Shown here piece after piece: positions 14,377 to 27,916 of a DNA stretch of 64,000 nucleotides. The position numbers were made by a program, and so were the translations under genes. Each line of letters begins with the position of its first letter. The first letter of the stretch is position 1. The stretch covers positions 129,456,001 through 129,520,000 of the forward strand of contig NC_043000.1 of the NCBI RefSeq assembly GCF_006345805.1, written 5' to 3'. The stretch comes from Octopus sinensis (taxonomy: Eukaryota). The notes under the pieces were generated by a model. It was given only the letters and a program-made list of their open reading frames with translations, was not told the DNA's origin and did not search any database.

Positions 14377-15476
14377 GGACATTAATGTATGTATGTGTGT
14401 ACGTGCACGAGTAGGTGAACAAAAATATTATTTAACTCAAGCGGTTGCAACTACATGTGTTTAATGATAGTTCGATTTAGCTCCACATTACTCTATCTCT
14501 GTGCGCGCCCACGAAACTTTAAGTAATATGGGTCTAAGTGAACTGAGTCAGACTGTCAAACCGTTATATCTTTTAGTATGTGTATATGCGTAAGTGTAGT
14601 ACGTGTATGTGTTTGTGTATACCGATCTCAATCGATGTTTGGCGTCGCGCCCTTTTACGCTGAAAAGATAACTTAACCATTCGATCAATTGGAATCGATA
14701 AAATATATAGCAAAGTTGTATTACTACTAGTTATGATGCGATTGACTAAATAACCTTGAAGCCATAGTTCAATGACAACTACTACCAAGATTAAAGTTCT
14801 ATAAAAATATGATTTTATAAGTCCGAGCAGAACACATAGTGAGTTGAAGCACACACACACAGACTCAAACACATACTCACACACACTCACACATACAAAC
14901 TAACTCACACACGAACACACATAGACATACAGACTCACACAAACACTCTCAAACACAAAAACACACTCACATACTCTAACACACACTCAGACACACACAC
15001 TCACACAGTCACACACACTCACATATACTCACACAAGCATACCCCCCTCCACACACACACACATGCATACAGAGGCTCCTTTTTCTGGACTGGATGCTCA
15101 GGTTTATGGTATGATGGACTGTAGGAAAATGGGATGCAGAAACCTTTTCTGAAAAGCATCACAAAGCGAGCGACTGAGTGTCACAGTTCCAAACGGAGGA
15201 TCAGAATGCAGATATAAAGTTGGTTTCATCGAGATGTTACTCGTTGCAACATGGCACTAACCTTAAACAAATACATATGAAAGAACCTCTTATTGGTTGC
15301 TCGATAATCTAGAACTCTCAAGATATCAATCTCATTTGAAAATGAAACGATTGCTATTAGACAGTGTAGTCTTACATACTCTACCACCAAAAGACAAGTT
15401 GGTCATAGCTGATTTTGCCTTTTAGCATAGTTCTGTTCAATGAGAGTTGACACGGGGCTAAGCAACAACAGCAACA

Positions 15477-15668
15477 GTGGAGGCGCAATGGACTAGTGGT
15501 TAGGGCAGCGGACTCGCGGTCGTAAGAACGCGGTTTCGATTCCCAGACCGGGCATTGTGAGTGTTTATTGAGCAAAAACATCTAAGCTCCACGAAGCTCC
15601 GGTGGGTGGGGGTGGGGGTAGTGGTGAACCGCGCTGTACTCTTTCACCACAACTTTCTTCTTACTTCT
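15477..15668 (+). mobile_element. SINE family C, 3'-truncated
   Basis: gtggaggcgcaatggactagtggttagggcagcggactcgcggtcg...ggtttcgattccc tRNA-like head; homologous to 22200-22522. Confidence 0.85.
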
Positions 15669-15965
15669 GCGCCAAAGCAGAGGAACCATGTAACCCACTA
15701 TGGTGTGGTAAACTTTCAGACCCTAGTGTAGATTGCGAATCCTCTGTACACCCAGGACGGTTCAGCTCTCCACCCGTTAAAAGCCAGCGTTTACGGAATG
15801 AGGATAACAACGTAGCTTTCACGCCCGTGCAACCGCCAGTCTATCGCGTGTGGTGGGTGGATCTTCATGTTGCCACACGCATTCTTAGTAGCTTAGAGTA
15901 GGCTCGAATTAGAGATTATACTTTGTGGCTAATGGCGTGAGTCTTGATTGGAAGAAGAAGAAGAC
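15669..15965 (+). mobile_element. Possible RTE-derived non-autonomous element ending in (GAA)4
   Basis: Ends gattggaagaagaagaag; internal ccacccgttaaaa...ttacggaa resembles RTE 5' UTR motifs (recalled similarity only). Confidence 0.3.
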
Positions 15966-16434
15966 AACAGCAACACATATTATGAGTGCGGTGGTAGCGA
16001 GGGTGGATTTCCATCGGTCAACGATGAGGATTCAGTCATTTGATCAACAATATCTCCTCTTGAACATTTCACAGACCCTTGTATCCTTTAACGCAATTCT
16101 CAGGCCGAATCAGCGCGACAATGTGTTTGACAAGGCCCTAATATTTTCTGCTCATGTACCATTCAAATGCAATCTAGCTACCTCATGTCAAATCTGCACT
16201 GACTTCATAAACAGAAATCTAGAAAATATCTCCCAGTGAGATCCTGTGAATCTTAACTCCCCCAACAACACAAAATCACTACAAATATCAAGAAAGCATT
16301 AAACAAATAACAAGAAAACATTATCCAGCCCATCCACCCCAAGCACAAAAGGTCACTACAAAGGATCGGCCTTACCACAACTGAGGACGTCTCCAAACAA
16401 ACACACATCTTCATATTCTTATATTTATCCTCTG

Positions 16435-16615
16435 ACTCGTTTCAGTCATTGGACTGCAGTCATGCTGGGCCAGCTTCTAGAAGGTTTTGGTCGATCAAAT
16501 CAACTCCAGTACTTATTTTTGATGTCTTGTACCTACTCTATCGGCCACTTTGACCGAACCTATAAGTTACGGGAACATGAAGCTAACACCAGCCATCAAG
16601 AAATGCTGATGATCA
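16435..16615 (-). mobile_element. SINE family A 3' module
   Basis: tttcagtcattggactgcagtcatgctgg...taagttacgggaac. Confidence 0.75.
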
Positions 16616-16659
16616 CAGAAATACATACATACATACATACATATATACATACATACATA

Positions 16660-17058
16660 CAGGCGTAGGAGTGGATGTGTGGTAAGTAGCTTGCTTACCA
16701 ACCACATGGTTCCGAGTTCAGTCCCACTGCGTGGCACTTTCAGCAAGTGTCTTCTACAATAGCCTCGGGCCGACCAAAGCCTTGTGAGTGGATTTGGTGG
16801 ACGGAAACTGAAAGACGCCAGTCGTATATATGTATATATATATGTGTATGTACTTTTGTGTGTCTGTGTTTGTCCACCCAACATCGCTTGACAACCGATG
16901 CTGGTGTGTTTACGCCCCCGTAACTTAGCGGTTCGGCAAAATAGACCGATAGAATAAGTGCTAGGCTTACAAAGAATAAGTCCTGGGGTCGATTTGCTCG
17001 ACTAAAAGTGGTGCTCCAGCATGGTCACAGTCAAATGACTGAAACAAGTGAAAGAGAG
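16660..17058 (+). mobile_element. SINE family A, full length
   Basis: aggcgtaggagtggatgtgtggtaagtagc...ggtgctccagcatggtcacagtcaaatgactgaaacaag. Confidence 0.9.
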
Positions 17059-17096
17059 TATACATACATACATACATACATACATACATACATACA

Positions 17097-17127
<31 letters not shown>

Positions 17128-17839
17128 GATAGTCTTCTCCTGTTCCCAGTAACCAAATTCATTCTGAAGGCAAATCTGCGTCATAAAGACTAGTATTCTT
17201 TCTCAGGACCAGAAAATATCTTAAATACAACGACTGCTAACTCTGGAATAATCTTAGGTGAAACATACTTCAGTCTACCATTTCCATTCTTGAGAATGTG
17301 CATATATATGTACACACACATAATCTCCTGTTGTTTTAAAAAGTATCTTGATGTAGAGAGAACAGTAAACACATTTAATATATTAGACTAGACTAGCTCA
17401 ATAAACAGCTATAGATTGTTTTCAAAAAACACCGGAAACCACTCAAAACGTCTGCTTTTCATACAATGACAATGATTAGTGAAGAGAATAGTATGCTTTT
17501 TAGAAAAATAAGGTAATAAAACACATCCGTTTATCCATCCATTTGTCTATCCATCGATCTAGTCAAATATCCACTAATCTATAAATGTATCTATCTTTTT
17601 AATATTCAGAATTGCTATGAATTTTATCAACGACAGTTCTGTAATGAATAATTCCTGACACACCAATGACATTAACCATTGTATCTGTTGTTAATATTCA
17701 TTTTCATAAATTTCGTCCGGAAATGCATAACCACGTTATGAATATTGTTATTTTGCGTGAATGTTGTACATAATACACACACACTCACACACACACACAC
17801 TCACACACACACACACAAATATATACATACATACATACA

Positions 17840-17906
<67 letters not shown>

Positions 17907-18344
17907 TATATATATACATATATACACCCACATTTAATATCATGCAATATCCAAACTTTATTACAATTATTAATATAAAATATGATATACTGTATTATGC
18001 AAAATTTAATATCTCTCACCGTTTGTCTGTCTATCTAATTACATGTGAGATCATCCGTTTCTTTGTCTGTCAACCCATTTACGCCCATTTTTCTTCTTTC
18101 TCTCTTTGACTATAATATCTGGACGACTTTCCCTACTTTTCCTTTCTGTAGGAATCGGAACTTTTCTGCGGATATTATATAAAGTTTACATAATTTCCAG
18201 CATATGATAGCTTCAACCTTGTCATGACTGTGTATATATGTTGTCTTTTGAGATTGGGACAAAGCAATCACAATACAATGTTATACACTGTTTCCTCAAA
18301 ACCTCCACATATTTTGTAGTTACTCTTTGCATCTTAATTCATTA

Positions 18345-18550
18345 TTAAGGGCTAAACACAGAGAGGACAAACGAACGGATTAAGTCGATTATATCGACCC
18401 CAGTGCGTAACTGGTACTTATTTAATCGACCCCGAAAGGATGAAAGGTAAAGTCGACCTCGGCGGAATTTGAACTCACAACGTAGCGGCAGACGAAATAC
18501 GTCTACACATTTCGCCCGGCGTGCTAACATCTCTGCTAGCTCGCCGCCTT
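18345..18550 (-). mobile_element. SINE family B
   Basis: Matches the family B sequence (ggcggcgagct...gttcaaattccgccgagg on the minus strand). Confidence 0.9.
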
Positions 18551-19099
18551 TATAATTCATTATATAATTTAGGCAGATCCCAGTATGAAGGGTTTTCTCT
18601 TGTGATAACCTCAAATAAGAATCCCCGTCTCAAGTTTAAATCCTATGCTTTCCAACCAAAGCCCAGGTCTATTCTTTATTCACTTTTACTTTTCCACATA
18701 TTGGTCATGTAAGGACTTTTTCCTAATCAAAGTATTAACATGACATTTAATAGTCCTATTGCCGTGTCAGTCATCGGGTTTCAGTTGGCACGACGAACAT
18801 TTTGCCACCGAATAATAAATGTCTAAGTGAAATTAACAGATTTTGTGTATTTTTGAATGACTAATATATGTCTTCCAACTATAATTGTTTTTATTCCGAT
18901 TTTTAAAATTAGTTCCCGTTGATGCTTCTCCATCCTATTCATAACTGTCTCTCACCTCCGTTTCTCTTCTATAGTTGTTGCAATCCACGAGAGTAGAAAG
19001 AATTATTTTGTTCCTGCGTTTTTTTAATTTCTATAAGTTCCCTATTATTTTTATTAGATATTTTACTTTTGCACTAGATATTATATAATAAGTTCCTAG

Positions 19100-19359
19100 A
19101 TGCAATCGTGGTAAATCTAATCTTTCGGTCTCGGCTTTGAGGTGGAGTATCCTACATACAATAATTAGTTTTCTGGTTTTCCTGTCTAGTCTTTCTAATT
19201 CACTTAGCTTCCAGTTGAGAATAGCATAGCTCTAATAATAGTTCATTAATTCCTTAGTATATGTAAGCTTGTGTTTGATTAATTCTGTTATCTCTGTTTC
19301 TGAATATAACACACATACCACACACACACTCACATATATATATATTAGAAGGTTTGAAG

Positions 19360-19403
<44 letters not shown>

Positions 19404-20030
19404 ATATATATACATACATACATACATACATACATACTACATACATACATATATATATATATACATACATATATATATATATATACATACACATACATAC
19501 ACACACATATACATACATAGACATACATATACATACATACATACATTTACATATATATATATATATAAAGTGATTTCGGTTAAGTTTCCTCCTATCAGCG
19601 TTAACTTGACATATTTCTTTTATCTGAATTTCATGTCATTTTCTCTGCGGAATCCGTTTACTGTCTGCAACAGTATTAGTAGTTGCTCCTCATCACTGGG
19701 AGAATCTATGACGATCTGAGAAAGAAATGATACTGGAATATGAACCACCTAATAGGGATAGCCTCTTGAAGTTTTACTCACTGGCTGATGAGACTTGTTC
19801 TGTCTGATGGTGGGCGCTAACTGGGATGTCTTTTCCATTTGTATCTTCCGTGAAAAAGTGGTAGTACGTAAATAAAGCATGAGAAATCTGCAGCACTTGG
19901 ATAACATCTATCTTTTACGATCTATTTTTTGCATGAGATGCCTAATGTCATTATTATATTAACATTTTGTAATATAACTTTTGTGTACGGAGAAGATAAA
20001 ATGTATTCGCAACTGTTTAATGTTCTGAAA
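19100..20030 (-). pseudogene. Decayed RT of an RLE-type (R4/Dong-like) non-LTR retrotransposon, split by a microsatellite
   Basis: Minus-strand translations [38 protein letters not shown] (about 19570-19700) and YAILNWKLSELERLDRKTRKLIIVCRILHLKAETERLDLPRL (about 19105-19235) resemble RT domains of R4-type elements. Confidence 0.7.
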
Positions 20031-20128
20031 CTATCTCCAGTCAATCTCTCTCTCTTTCTGTTTGTCTGTCTGTATGTCTGTCTTAATGAATAAATAAATA
20101 GATAAAATCCTATACAAGTAAGGCTTAA

Positions 20129-20390
20129 AAAAATAATAAATGCGCCCTTTTAAATCCTAGCCAGGCTCATGGGCCCGGTTTCCCGGTTTCTATGGCGTAT
20201 ATGTTCTCCAGCTGGACGGGACGCCAGTCCATCGCAGAGTTACTCATTTTTGCCAGCTGAGTGGACTGGAGCAACGGGAAATGAAGTGTTTTGCTCAAGA
20301 ACACAACGCGTCACCCAATCCAGGAATCGAAACCACAATCTTACGATCGTGATGCTTACACCCTAACCACTTAGCCACGCGCCTCCACAT
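20129..20390 (-). mobile_element. SINE family D with TSD
   Basis: 13-bp TSD aagtaaggcttaa at 20116-20128 and 20391-20403; homologous to 30927-31174. Confidence 0.9.
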
Positions 20391-20589
20391 AAGTAAGGCT
20401 TAAGAGAGATAAAATAACAGCTCCAATGACCCGAGTGATACCATAGAGAAATGGTACAAAGACCTGCAGATTATGCTTAGGTGAAAAAAATCTCATACGC
20501 AATAATCTTAACAGGTCTGCAGTGCAGTGATCTCTGACAAAATGTCACTATTTGCATAAATATCTACCGATACTCTGGAAGTTTATACC

Positions 20590-20821
20590 AATTTCTTTAC
20601 TGCTCACAAGGGACTACACACAGAGGGGACAAACAAGGACAGACAAACGGATTAAGTCGATTACATCGACCCCAGTGCGTAACTGGTACTTAATTTATCG
20701 ACTCCGAAAGGATGAAAGGCAAAGTCGACCTCGGTGGAATTTGAACTCAGAACGTAGCGGCAGACGAAATACCGCTAGGCATTTAGCCTGGCGTGCTAAC
20801 GTTTCTGCCAGCTCGCCGCCT
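20590..20821 (-). mobile_element. SINE family B with TSD
   Basis: Perfect 16-bp TSD tctggaagtttatacc at 20574-20589 and 20822-20837. Confidence 0.93.
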
Positions 20822-21334
20822 TCTGGAAGTTTATACCTCCACCTGATTGAACGAACTTAATTAGGAGCAATCACATGCTCTCTGTGTCTCTGTTCGAGTT
20901 TAACCTCATACACGATATGATAATACACTCAACACTGTTCATAGTTCAAATCATAAACTTTGCCTACGCATTACCACTAGCAGTTTATTTAAAGTCTTCA
21001 CTAACATAGTTAAACTTCATTAGTCCTCCATCCATACTATTTTAAACCAACCTAAAGGAAATAATTCCCTTCTCACAAGCTAATTAATGTGTCGTGTTAT
21101 GTCGCTTATAGTATCTTCACACTCAGTGCAATTCAGTAAAATCCGTACGCCGCAGGCAAAGAATATATGTATGTTACCGATATTTGTATAAAGGTTATGT
21201 TTTTATCGCTTTGATTATCAAAGAATTCTGTAAATAAAGCTTTGAGTTACAATGTATTATCACTTACGGACTACATCATTGAATATTTCACTCAATTTCT
21301 CTGATTTTTAACTATTACTAGTGGTACTTATATT

Positions 21335-21657
21335 GGAGCACTCCGTCGGTTACGACGACGAGGGTCTCAGCTGATACGATCAATAGAACAGCCTGCTCGT
21401 GAAATTAATGTGCAAGTGACTGAGCAATCCACAGACACGCGTACTACCAACGTAGTTCTCAGGGAGATTCAGCGTGACACAGAGTGTGACAAGGCCGGCC
21501 ATTTGAAATACAGGTACAGCTTATTTTTGCCAGCTGAGTGAACTGGAGCAGCGTGAAATAAAGTGTCTTGCTCAAGGATACAACGCGTCGCCGGGAATCG
21601 AACTCACGACCTTACAATCGTGAGCCGAATGCCCTAACCACTAAGCCACGCGCCTTC
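21335..21657 (-). mobile_element. SINE family F
   Basis: Head and central block shared with D/E, distinct tail; possible 9-bp TSD acttatatt (21326-21334, 21658-21666). Confidence 0.82.
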
Positions 21658-22199
21658 ACTTATATTAAACACCGGAGAAATAGCGAATTACATTCAGGTG
21701 TTATTTAAACTTGGATCAATGACGGATATGACTAAATATTGCAATGAATTTAATATAAAGTTACATTGTCTTAGATATTACAGCTCTAATAATACAAGAC
21801 ATAAGGGCTCAAATTATGGGGTAAGATATAGTATATCATACTAATACCAGTACTTGATTAGTGCATTACTTTATTGGCCCAGGAAGAGGAAGAGCAAAAG
21901 TGACCTCAACTGCATTTTGTCCGACGCTTTAAAGATTCTGTCACTCTTCAGCGCAAGTAGCATTAATAAGGCAACATATTAGTACAATAACGTTGAAGTT
22001 TATTGAATCGGTTCAGATTCAATATTTTGAAAGAGCAAAAGAAATCCGGCGAGTAGGTTTGCTCTTAGTACTCAGAAAGTAGTTGGAAAAAACCCCCAAA
22101 TGCTGCAACTGATTTAATCAATTTAATCCTCTCCCATTTCCGACTCTATGCCACACTCCTCTTCAAGGCTTTCATAATATTGACTTCCTACATATTCAT

Positions 22200-22522
22200 G
22201 TGCGGAGGCGCAATAGCGCAGTGGTTAGGGCAGCGGACTCGCGGTCGGAAAATCGCGGTTTCGATTCCCAGACTGGGCGATGTGTGTGTTTATTGAGCGA
22301 AAACACCTAAAAGCTCCAAGAGGCTCCGGCAGGGGGTGGCGGCGACCCCTGTTGTACTCTTTTGCCACAACTTTCTCTCACTCTTACTTCCTGTTTCTTG
22401 AGTAGCACTGCGATAGACTGGCGTCCCGTTCAGCTGGGGTGGGGGGAACACATACACCACAGAAACCGGGGAAACGGGCCCATGAGCCTGGCTAGGCTTG
22501 AAAAGGGCGAAGAAAAAAAAAA
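22200..22522 (+). mobile_element. SINE family C, full length
   Basis: tRNA-like head; tail gaaaccggggaaacgggcccatgagcctggctaggcttgaaaagggcg plus A tract, the same tail as family D. Confidence 0.88.
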
Positions 22523-23384
22523 CATATTCATGTTAGAATACACTCCAGTATCCTCGTAGCATTTACACCACTGATCTCAGAAAAACAAACAGCAATGTTG
22601 ATCTCAAATCATAGAGGGATGTAACTGAATTTTATATGGTGCTTTGTGAAATATTTTATGCATTTTTTTTGCCACCTCCCCATCCTCCTACGACTATCAA
22701 TTACCAGATGAACTGGGCCGCTTCAGAATTAAGTGCCTTGACTATGGACACAGCTTTTGTGCCAATCAGAGAATATGGATCACCGACTGCTTGATTATTT
22801 GTCTGTTACTCTATAAACACTGCCTTCAATGCAAATACTTAACACTAAATATCCATTGTCTTCTTTTATAACCACTATTTATTTGAACTATGGATAGATT
22901 ATTGATGCTTTTAAAATCTATTCCACCGTGTTAGTGTATGATAAGTATATCAAAGTAACTCTGTCAATGGCCTTTATATTAATTCCGATAATGTTAGTGA
23001 GTGATATCAAATGGAAAGTCAATATGAAGAAATAATAGCAAACCAGAATGAAAAAGAGAAAAAAAAGGAGGAAAAGAAAAAAAGAAACAAAAAAAAACTA
23101 AAGAACAACAACACAAAAATTGCAAAAAGTAATGCGAAACATAATATCAAAACAAATTAAAACTCTTGTGTATTTAGTGAGAATAAATTTTATGCGACAC
23201 TGGTATTCGTGTATTTGGTTGATTGTTTTTATGGAAGTGCGCGTGTGTGTGTATGTGTGTGTGTGTGTGTGTGAATGTATGCATGTATCTATCTGTCTGT
23301 TTGCATGTGTATATATCGAAAACGTACGCTACCATACAAATTGGCTTAGTATACATATCTGAACTTACGCATTTGCAGATCTAC

Positions 23385-23416
<32 letters not shown>

Positions 23417-23435
23417 ATGTATGTATGTATGTATG

Positions 23436-23491
<56 letters not shown>

Positions 23492-23783
23492 ATATATATA
23501 CCGTTGCTATTATACAAAAGTGTCGTAAGACCAAAACGTTACGTTTACAGAAAACGAAAAAATAGTTTCACCGTTCCATAGCAAAACCGTTGTACAATAC
23601 TTTGACAAATTTATCTTGTCATCTGATATCTTGGCATCAGAAGCAGCTGCAGTTACGATAGTTTGACCAAAAGAACCGGATATTGCAAGCAAAAATAATT
23701 ATTGAAAAAATGCTTTTGGCCAAATTTGAACATTCGACAGTTTAACATAATAGCAACGAACCTCCATCAACTATTCTGCCTAT

Positions 23784-24037
23784 ATGTCTGTGCACACCTT
23801 TGAATGCAGTGTATGCCAGGAGGATTGCAAATTTAACGGAGGCCTCAAAAGACATTTTAAGATCCACAAAGAGCAGAACTTATCTGCAGCTCTCGGTGGT
23901 CCAAATCGGAGGTGCAATCTATGTGGGTGCCTTTTCAGAACATTGTCTGGTTTAAAAACCCACATCAGATGCCATGATGGTTCTAAGCTGAAGGTACAGG
24001 AGGTGGTCAAACTCTGCATAAGGAGTAGACAACCGCC

Positions 24038-24040
<3 letters not shown>
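23784..24040 (+). pseudogene. Two C2H2 zinc fingers, probably the 3' end of an RTE-type LINE
   Basis: FECSVCQEDCKFNGGLKRHFKIH and RRCNLCGCLFRTLSGLKTHIRCH; no TGEKP linker, in-frame stop 11 codons upstream of the ATG, runs into a (TA)n tract. Confidence 0.55.
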
Positions 24041-24078
<38 letters not shown>

Positions 24079-25369
24079 GAGATGGAGAGAGAGAGTTAGA
24101 TATATAAATAGAGAGATAGACATATAGATATAAGGATATTTATACACATTTATACATACATTCGCACGCACGCACACACACATATACATACATACGCTGC
24201 TTGTAAGGAATAGGACACAGAGTACTTAAGGCAAGATGTAGGTTACGTCTATATTTATTTGGCTCAAGCCTTATGTTACTCATCCTCAGAGTATTAAAAT
24301 TACTTCATCTGTCAGACAACAAGAACTAATCTATTATGTATGAAAAAAATACAAAAAGATGCTAGAACAATCTCTGATGGCCTCATAATTTCATTAGTTA
24401 GTTCATGTAACTTGTTTCATTACGCAGAAGAGTTACTAAGTAAGGGCGTATGTTTATAAATTTTTTTAAAAAAAGCAAAAGAGCAGCGATTGAGTATAAT
24501 CAGAACACCCGAAAGATATTTTCCCATAAGGAAGAAACAAATGGAACCTTTTCTGAAAAAGTATGTTTTCCATTTAATTCTCTTCAGTTTGTTCTTTGGC
24601 ATTAATATAGAATTATTCTTTTAAAAGTATTGTAATATTTTTTGTTGAGCGGATTATTGCATGTTTGTGCATAATCACGTTGGCGATCTTTGTTAATTTA
24701 CACTATTCTACAAGCTAGGGGTATATATTCTATTGTCTATAACAAACAGAAGTAAAAAATACCCAATACTTGGTGGTTCATCTTGAGATTTGAACCTTTC
24801 TATTGAGGACTCTTTCCTAGTTTCCCCTCAGATTGGTTTTGAAAAATTTGAGAAGGTATTAATAGCTGAACCATTTTGACACTTATTTTATTTTGTTTAT
24901 AGAGATACATGCGCAGATGAGACCTTTTGGGTGCAACTTTAACGCCCTCCAATCTCTCTCTCTCTCTCTCTCTCTCTGTGCATATGTGTGCCTGTGTGAA
25001 TATCCATGTATATAAATATGTTGTATATATATATATATATATATATATATTAATTATAATAAGGGTACAATCCCTAATAATTTTACCAGGTAGTCAACGC
25101 GGAAATAAAAATTTCATAGGTAAATTTTACAAAATATTTAATAGTTATATACATAATTATAACAAGGGATTGGCTTTACACCTCACCACGCACTGTAGAA
25201 ATAGACGCCAAAAGCCATATTACCAACTTAAGGTAAGACTATATCTATATATTTTTCCTTATAAATATCTGAAAACTCATTCCAGACTTGGCTTTATCTC
25301 ATTTTGTGTAATATATGTATATGTATTTATATATAAAATGTAATATATATGTATATATATATTACATCT

Positions 25370-25406
<37 letters not shown>

Positions 25407-25425
25407 CAAATATAAAATGTAATAG

Positions 25426-25458
<33 letters not shown>

Positions 25459-25917
25459 ATACTGTTGGAACTTTTGCTGAGTGGAACACTAGCAAGTTGA
25501 TCACGAACTCACGCAACGTTACCTAATCAATATTACAACTTCATATTTTTCCCCCTCGGTTTGTTTGCAGTTTGTGTGTTTTACCACATCACACTTCTAA
25601 TGGAGAAATGTTTAACAAATAAACAAAAAGAAAGTAAAACATTAAACAAAAATAGAACATACGAACAAAAATAAATCAAACAAAAATCAAACGAACGAGA
25701 GACCGAAGAAATATCTCGTCCGGCGTGCTATCTTCAACGTTAATTTAATGAGAAATGATTTAACAGGAAACGGTTGAGATTTTAGTATTCAATATATATT
25801 TAAGTAGTGAGTTACCTGCCGTTTGGTTAAGGAACCATACAGTATTTCGCTTGTAATAAGCCCATGAATTGGTTGAGTTTATGCCACCCTCTACTCCGCA
25901 GCACTCGAGCTGTTAAT

Positions 25918-25919
25918 AA

Positions 25920-25964
<45 letters not shown>

Positions 25965-26050
25965 TATAATAATAATAATAATAATAATAATATAATAATA
26001 ATAATAATAATAATAATATAATAATTATAATTACAATAATAATAATAATG
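25918..26050. repeat. (ATA)n microsatellite
   Basis: Direct observation. Confidence 0.95.
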
Positions 26051-26099
26051 ATAAAAAGAAAAAAAATGATAATAGCAAAATCAACAACAACAATCCTTT

Positions 26100-26530
26100 C
26101 TGCTATAAGCACAAGGCCTGAAATTTGGGGGACGGGGCAGGGTCGGTTATATCGAATCCATTGCTCAACTGCTACTTATTGTTATCCCCTCCCGAAAGCA
26201 TGAAGGGCAAAGTCGACCTCAGAAACTAAAGGAACCGCAAGAAATGCCGCTAAGCATTTATTCCGACGCGTAAACGATTGCGCCAGCTCGCGGCTTTAAT
26301 AATAACGATAATAATAATAATGTTTTCAAATTTTACCATAAGGGCAGCCATTTTTTTTTTTTTTTTTGGTGGGGAGGATAAGTCGATTATATCGATCCTC
26401 AGTGTGTCACTGGTACTTAATTTACCGAGCCAGAAAGGATGAAAAGCGAACTCAGAATGTAACGGCAGACGAACTACCGCTAAGCATTTCATCCAGTGCC
26501 CTATCGATTCTGCCAGGTCACCGCCTGAAA
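26100..26530 (-). mobile_element. Two diverged family B copies, at least one with the alternative (B2) tail
   Basis: gcacaaggcctgaaatttgg tail plus B body motifs gatgaaaagcg/gggcaaagtcgacctc. Confidence 0.65.
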
Positions 26531-26708
26531 TGATGATGATGAGGATGATGATAATAATAATAATAATGATTTCTGATTTAGGGAGAAGGCCAGCAATTTT
26601 GAAGAGTATTTGAATGGTACTTTATTTTACCGACCCTGAAATGATGAAAGGTAACATAAATATAAACTCAGGTGTGCACTCTATGATCCTCCTTAAATTC
26701 TACTCCTG

Positions 26709-27317
26709 TTACTGGAAGCTGGTACTTCCGAAAATGAGCGTTTTCAGAACTGGACTCGTTGAGAATTCTCCCACGTACTCAAGATCATTGCTTCCTACCA
26801 GTTTATACACTACTACTGTTGTTTTCACCAACAGTCTGTCATTCACAAAATCCATTTCCTTCTCAGTCAGCATATTGTTTCTGTTTTCTTTCTTCATTTT
26901 GATCAGTAGATCCTATTTCTTTATTACCCACAAGGGGCTAAACACAGAGGGGACAAACAAAGACAGACATAGGTATTAAGTCGATTACATCGACCCCAGT
27001 GCGTAACTGGTACTTAATTTATCGACCCCGAAAGGATGAAAGGCAAAGTCGACCTCGGCGGAATTTGAACTCACAACGTAACGCAGACGAAATACCGCTA
27101 AGCATTTCGCCCGGCGTGCTAACGTTTCTGCCAGCTCGCCGCCTTTGATCAGTAGATCCACTAGGTCTTCGTTACTCCTAATAGAGGAACTTGGAATTTG
27201 ATGCAGTCTCTGGGAACAAGGAATGCTCTTCATGGGACTTGCTTTCCGTTTAGGTTTGCATTGACTTCTAGGTTTTCTTTCTCCTAGTATTTGTCTCTGA
27301 CTCTTGTCCCCTTCTGA
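26709..27317 (-). pseudogene. Unidentified 120-codon reading frame interrupted by a SINE
   Basis: Removing SINE 26914-27143 and one TSD joins ...EDLVDLLIK in frame to MKKENRNNMLTEKEMDFVNDRLLVKTTVVVYKLVGSNDLEYVGEFS... Confidence 0.4.
26914..27143 (-). mobile_element. SINE family B, young, with TSD
   Basis: Perfect 16-bp TSD tttgatcagtagatcc at 26898-26913 and 27144-27159. Confidence 0.95.
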
Positions 27318-27861
27318 TCACTTTTATTTTCTCATCATGGTGATTGACGGCTTCTGGCACCAAGGACGGGGTAAGTCATGTTCTGCTTTCCTCGGATCCA
27401 TCAGTACTTTGGAGACAATAGTTTCGGAGATATGTTGTAATTGTTGTTACTGCTTTTTCTGTTGTCTACCGCCTTCTTATCAAAGCTGCTTCAGGTAGAA
27501 AGTCTTTATGGGATTCCACTTTCTCCACAGTTACAGTGGGATACAGTCACGCACAAACGCACACATATTACAATAATAATAAATGACAATAATCATTTAT
27601 GGTAACATGAAGCAACAAATAGGTTGTAGAAAGAGACTATAATTGATTGACTCGATTGCAATGTATTACCGGTATTTGTTTATTCGATTAAGGAGAAACG
27701 AAAAATCAAAAAAATATAAAAAAGCAAACAACCGTAATTTGAACACTGGACGTAAAAGTACTAAATTAATACTGTTCGGAGGCCTGCCGACTCTACTAAT
27801 ACGCTACTATTGTGATAACAAATATCAGATATTAATATGGAGAGGAAATTTCAGTTACTTC

Positions 27862-27916
<55 letters not shown>

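Noticed and set aside
22200-22280. tRNA-like sequences with A and B boxes (all SINE heads)
   Set aside because: No acceptor stem; they continue into SINE bodies, so they are not tRNA genes
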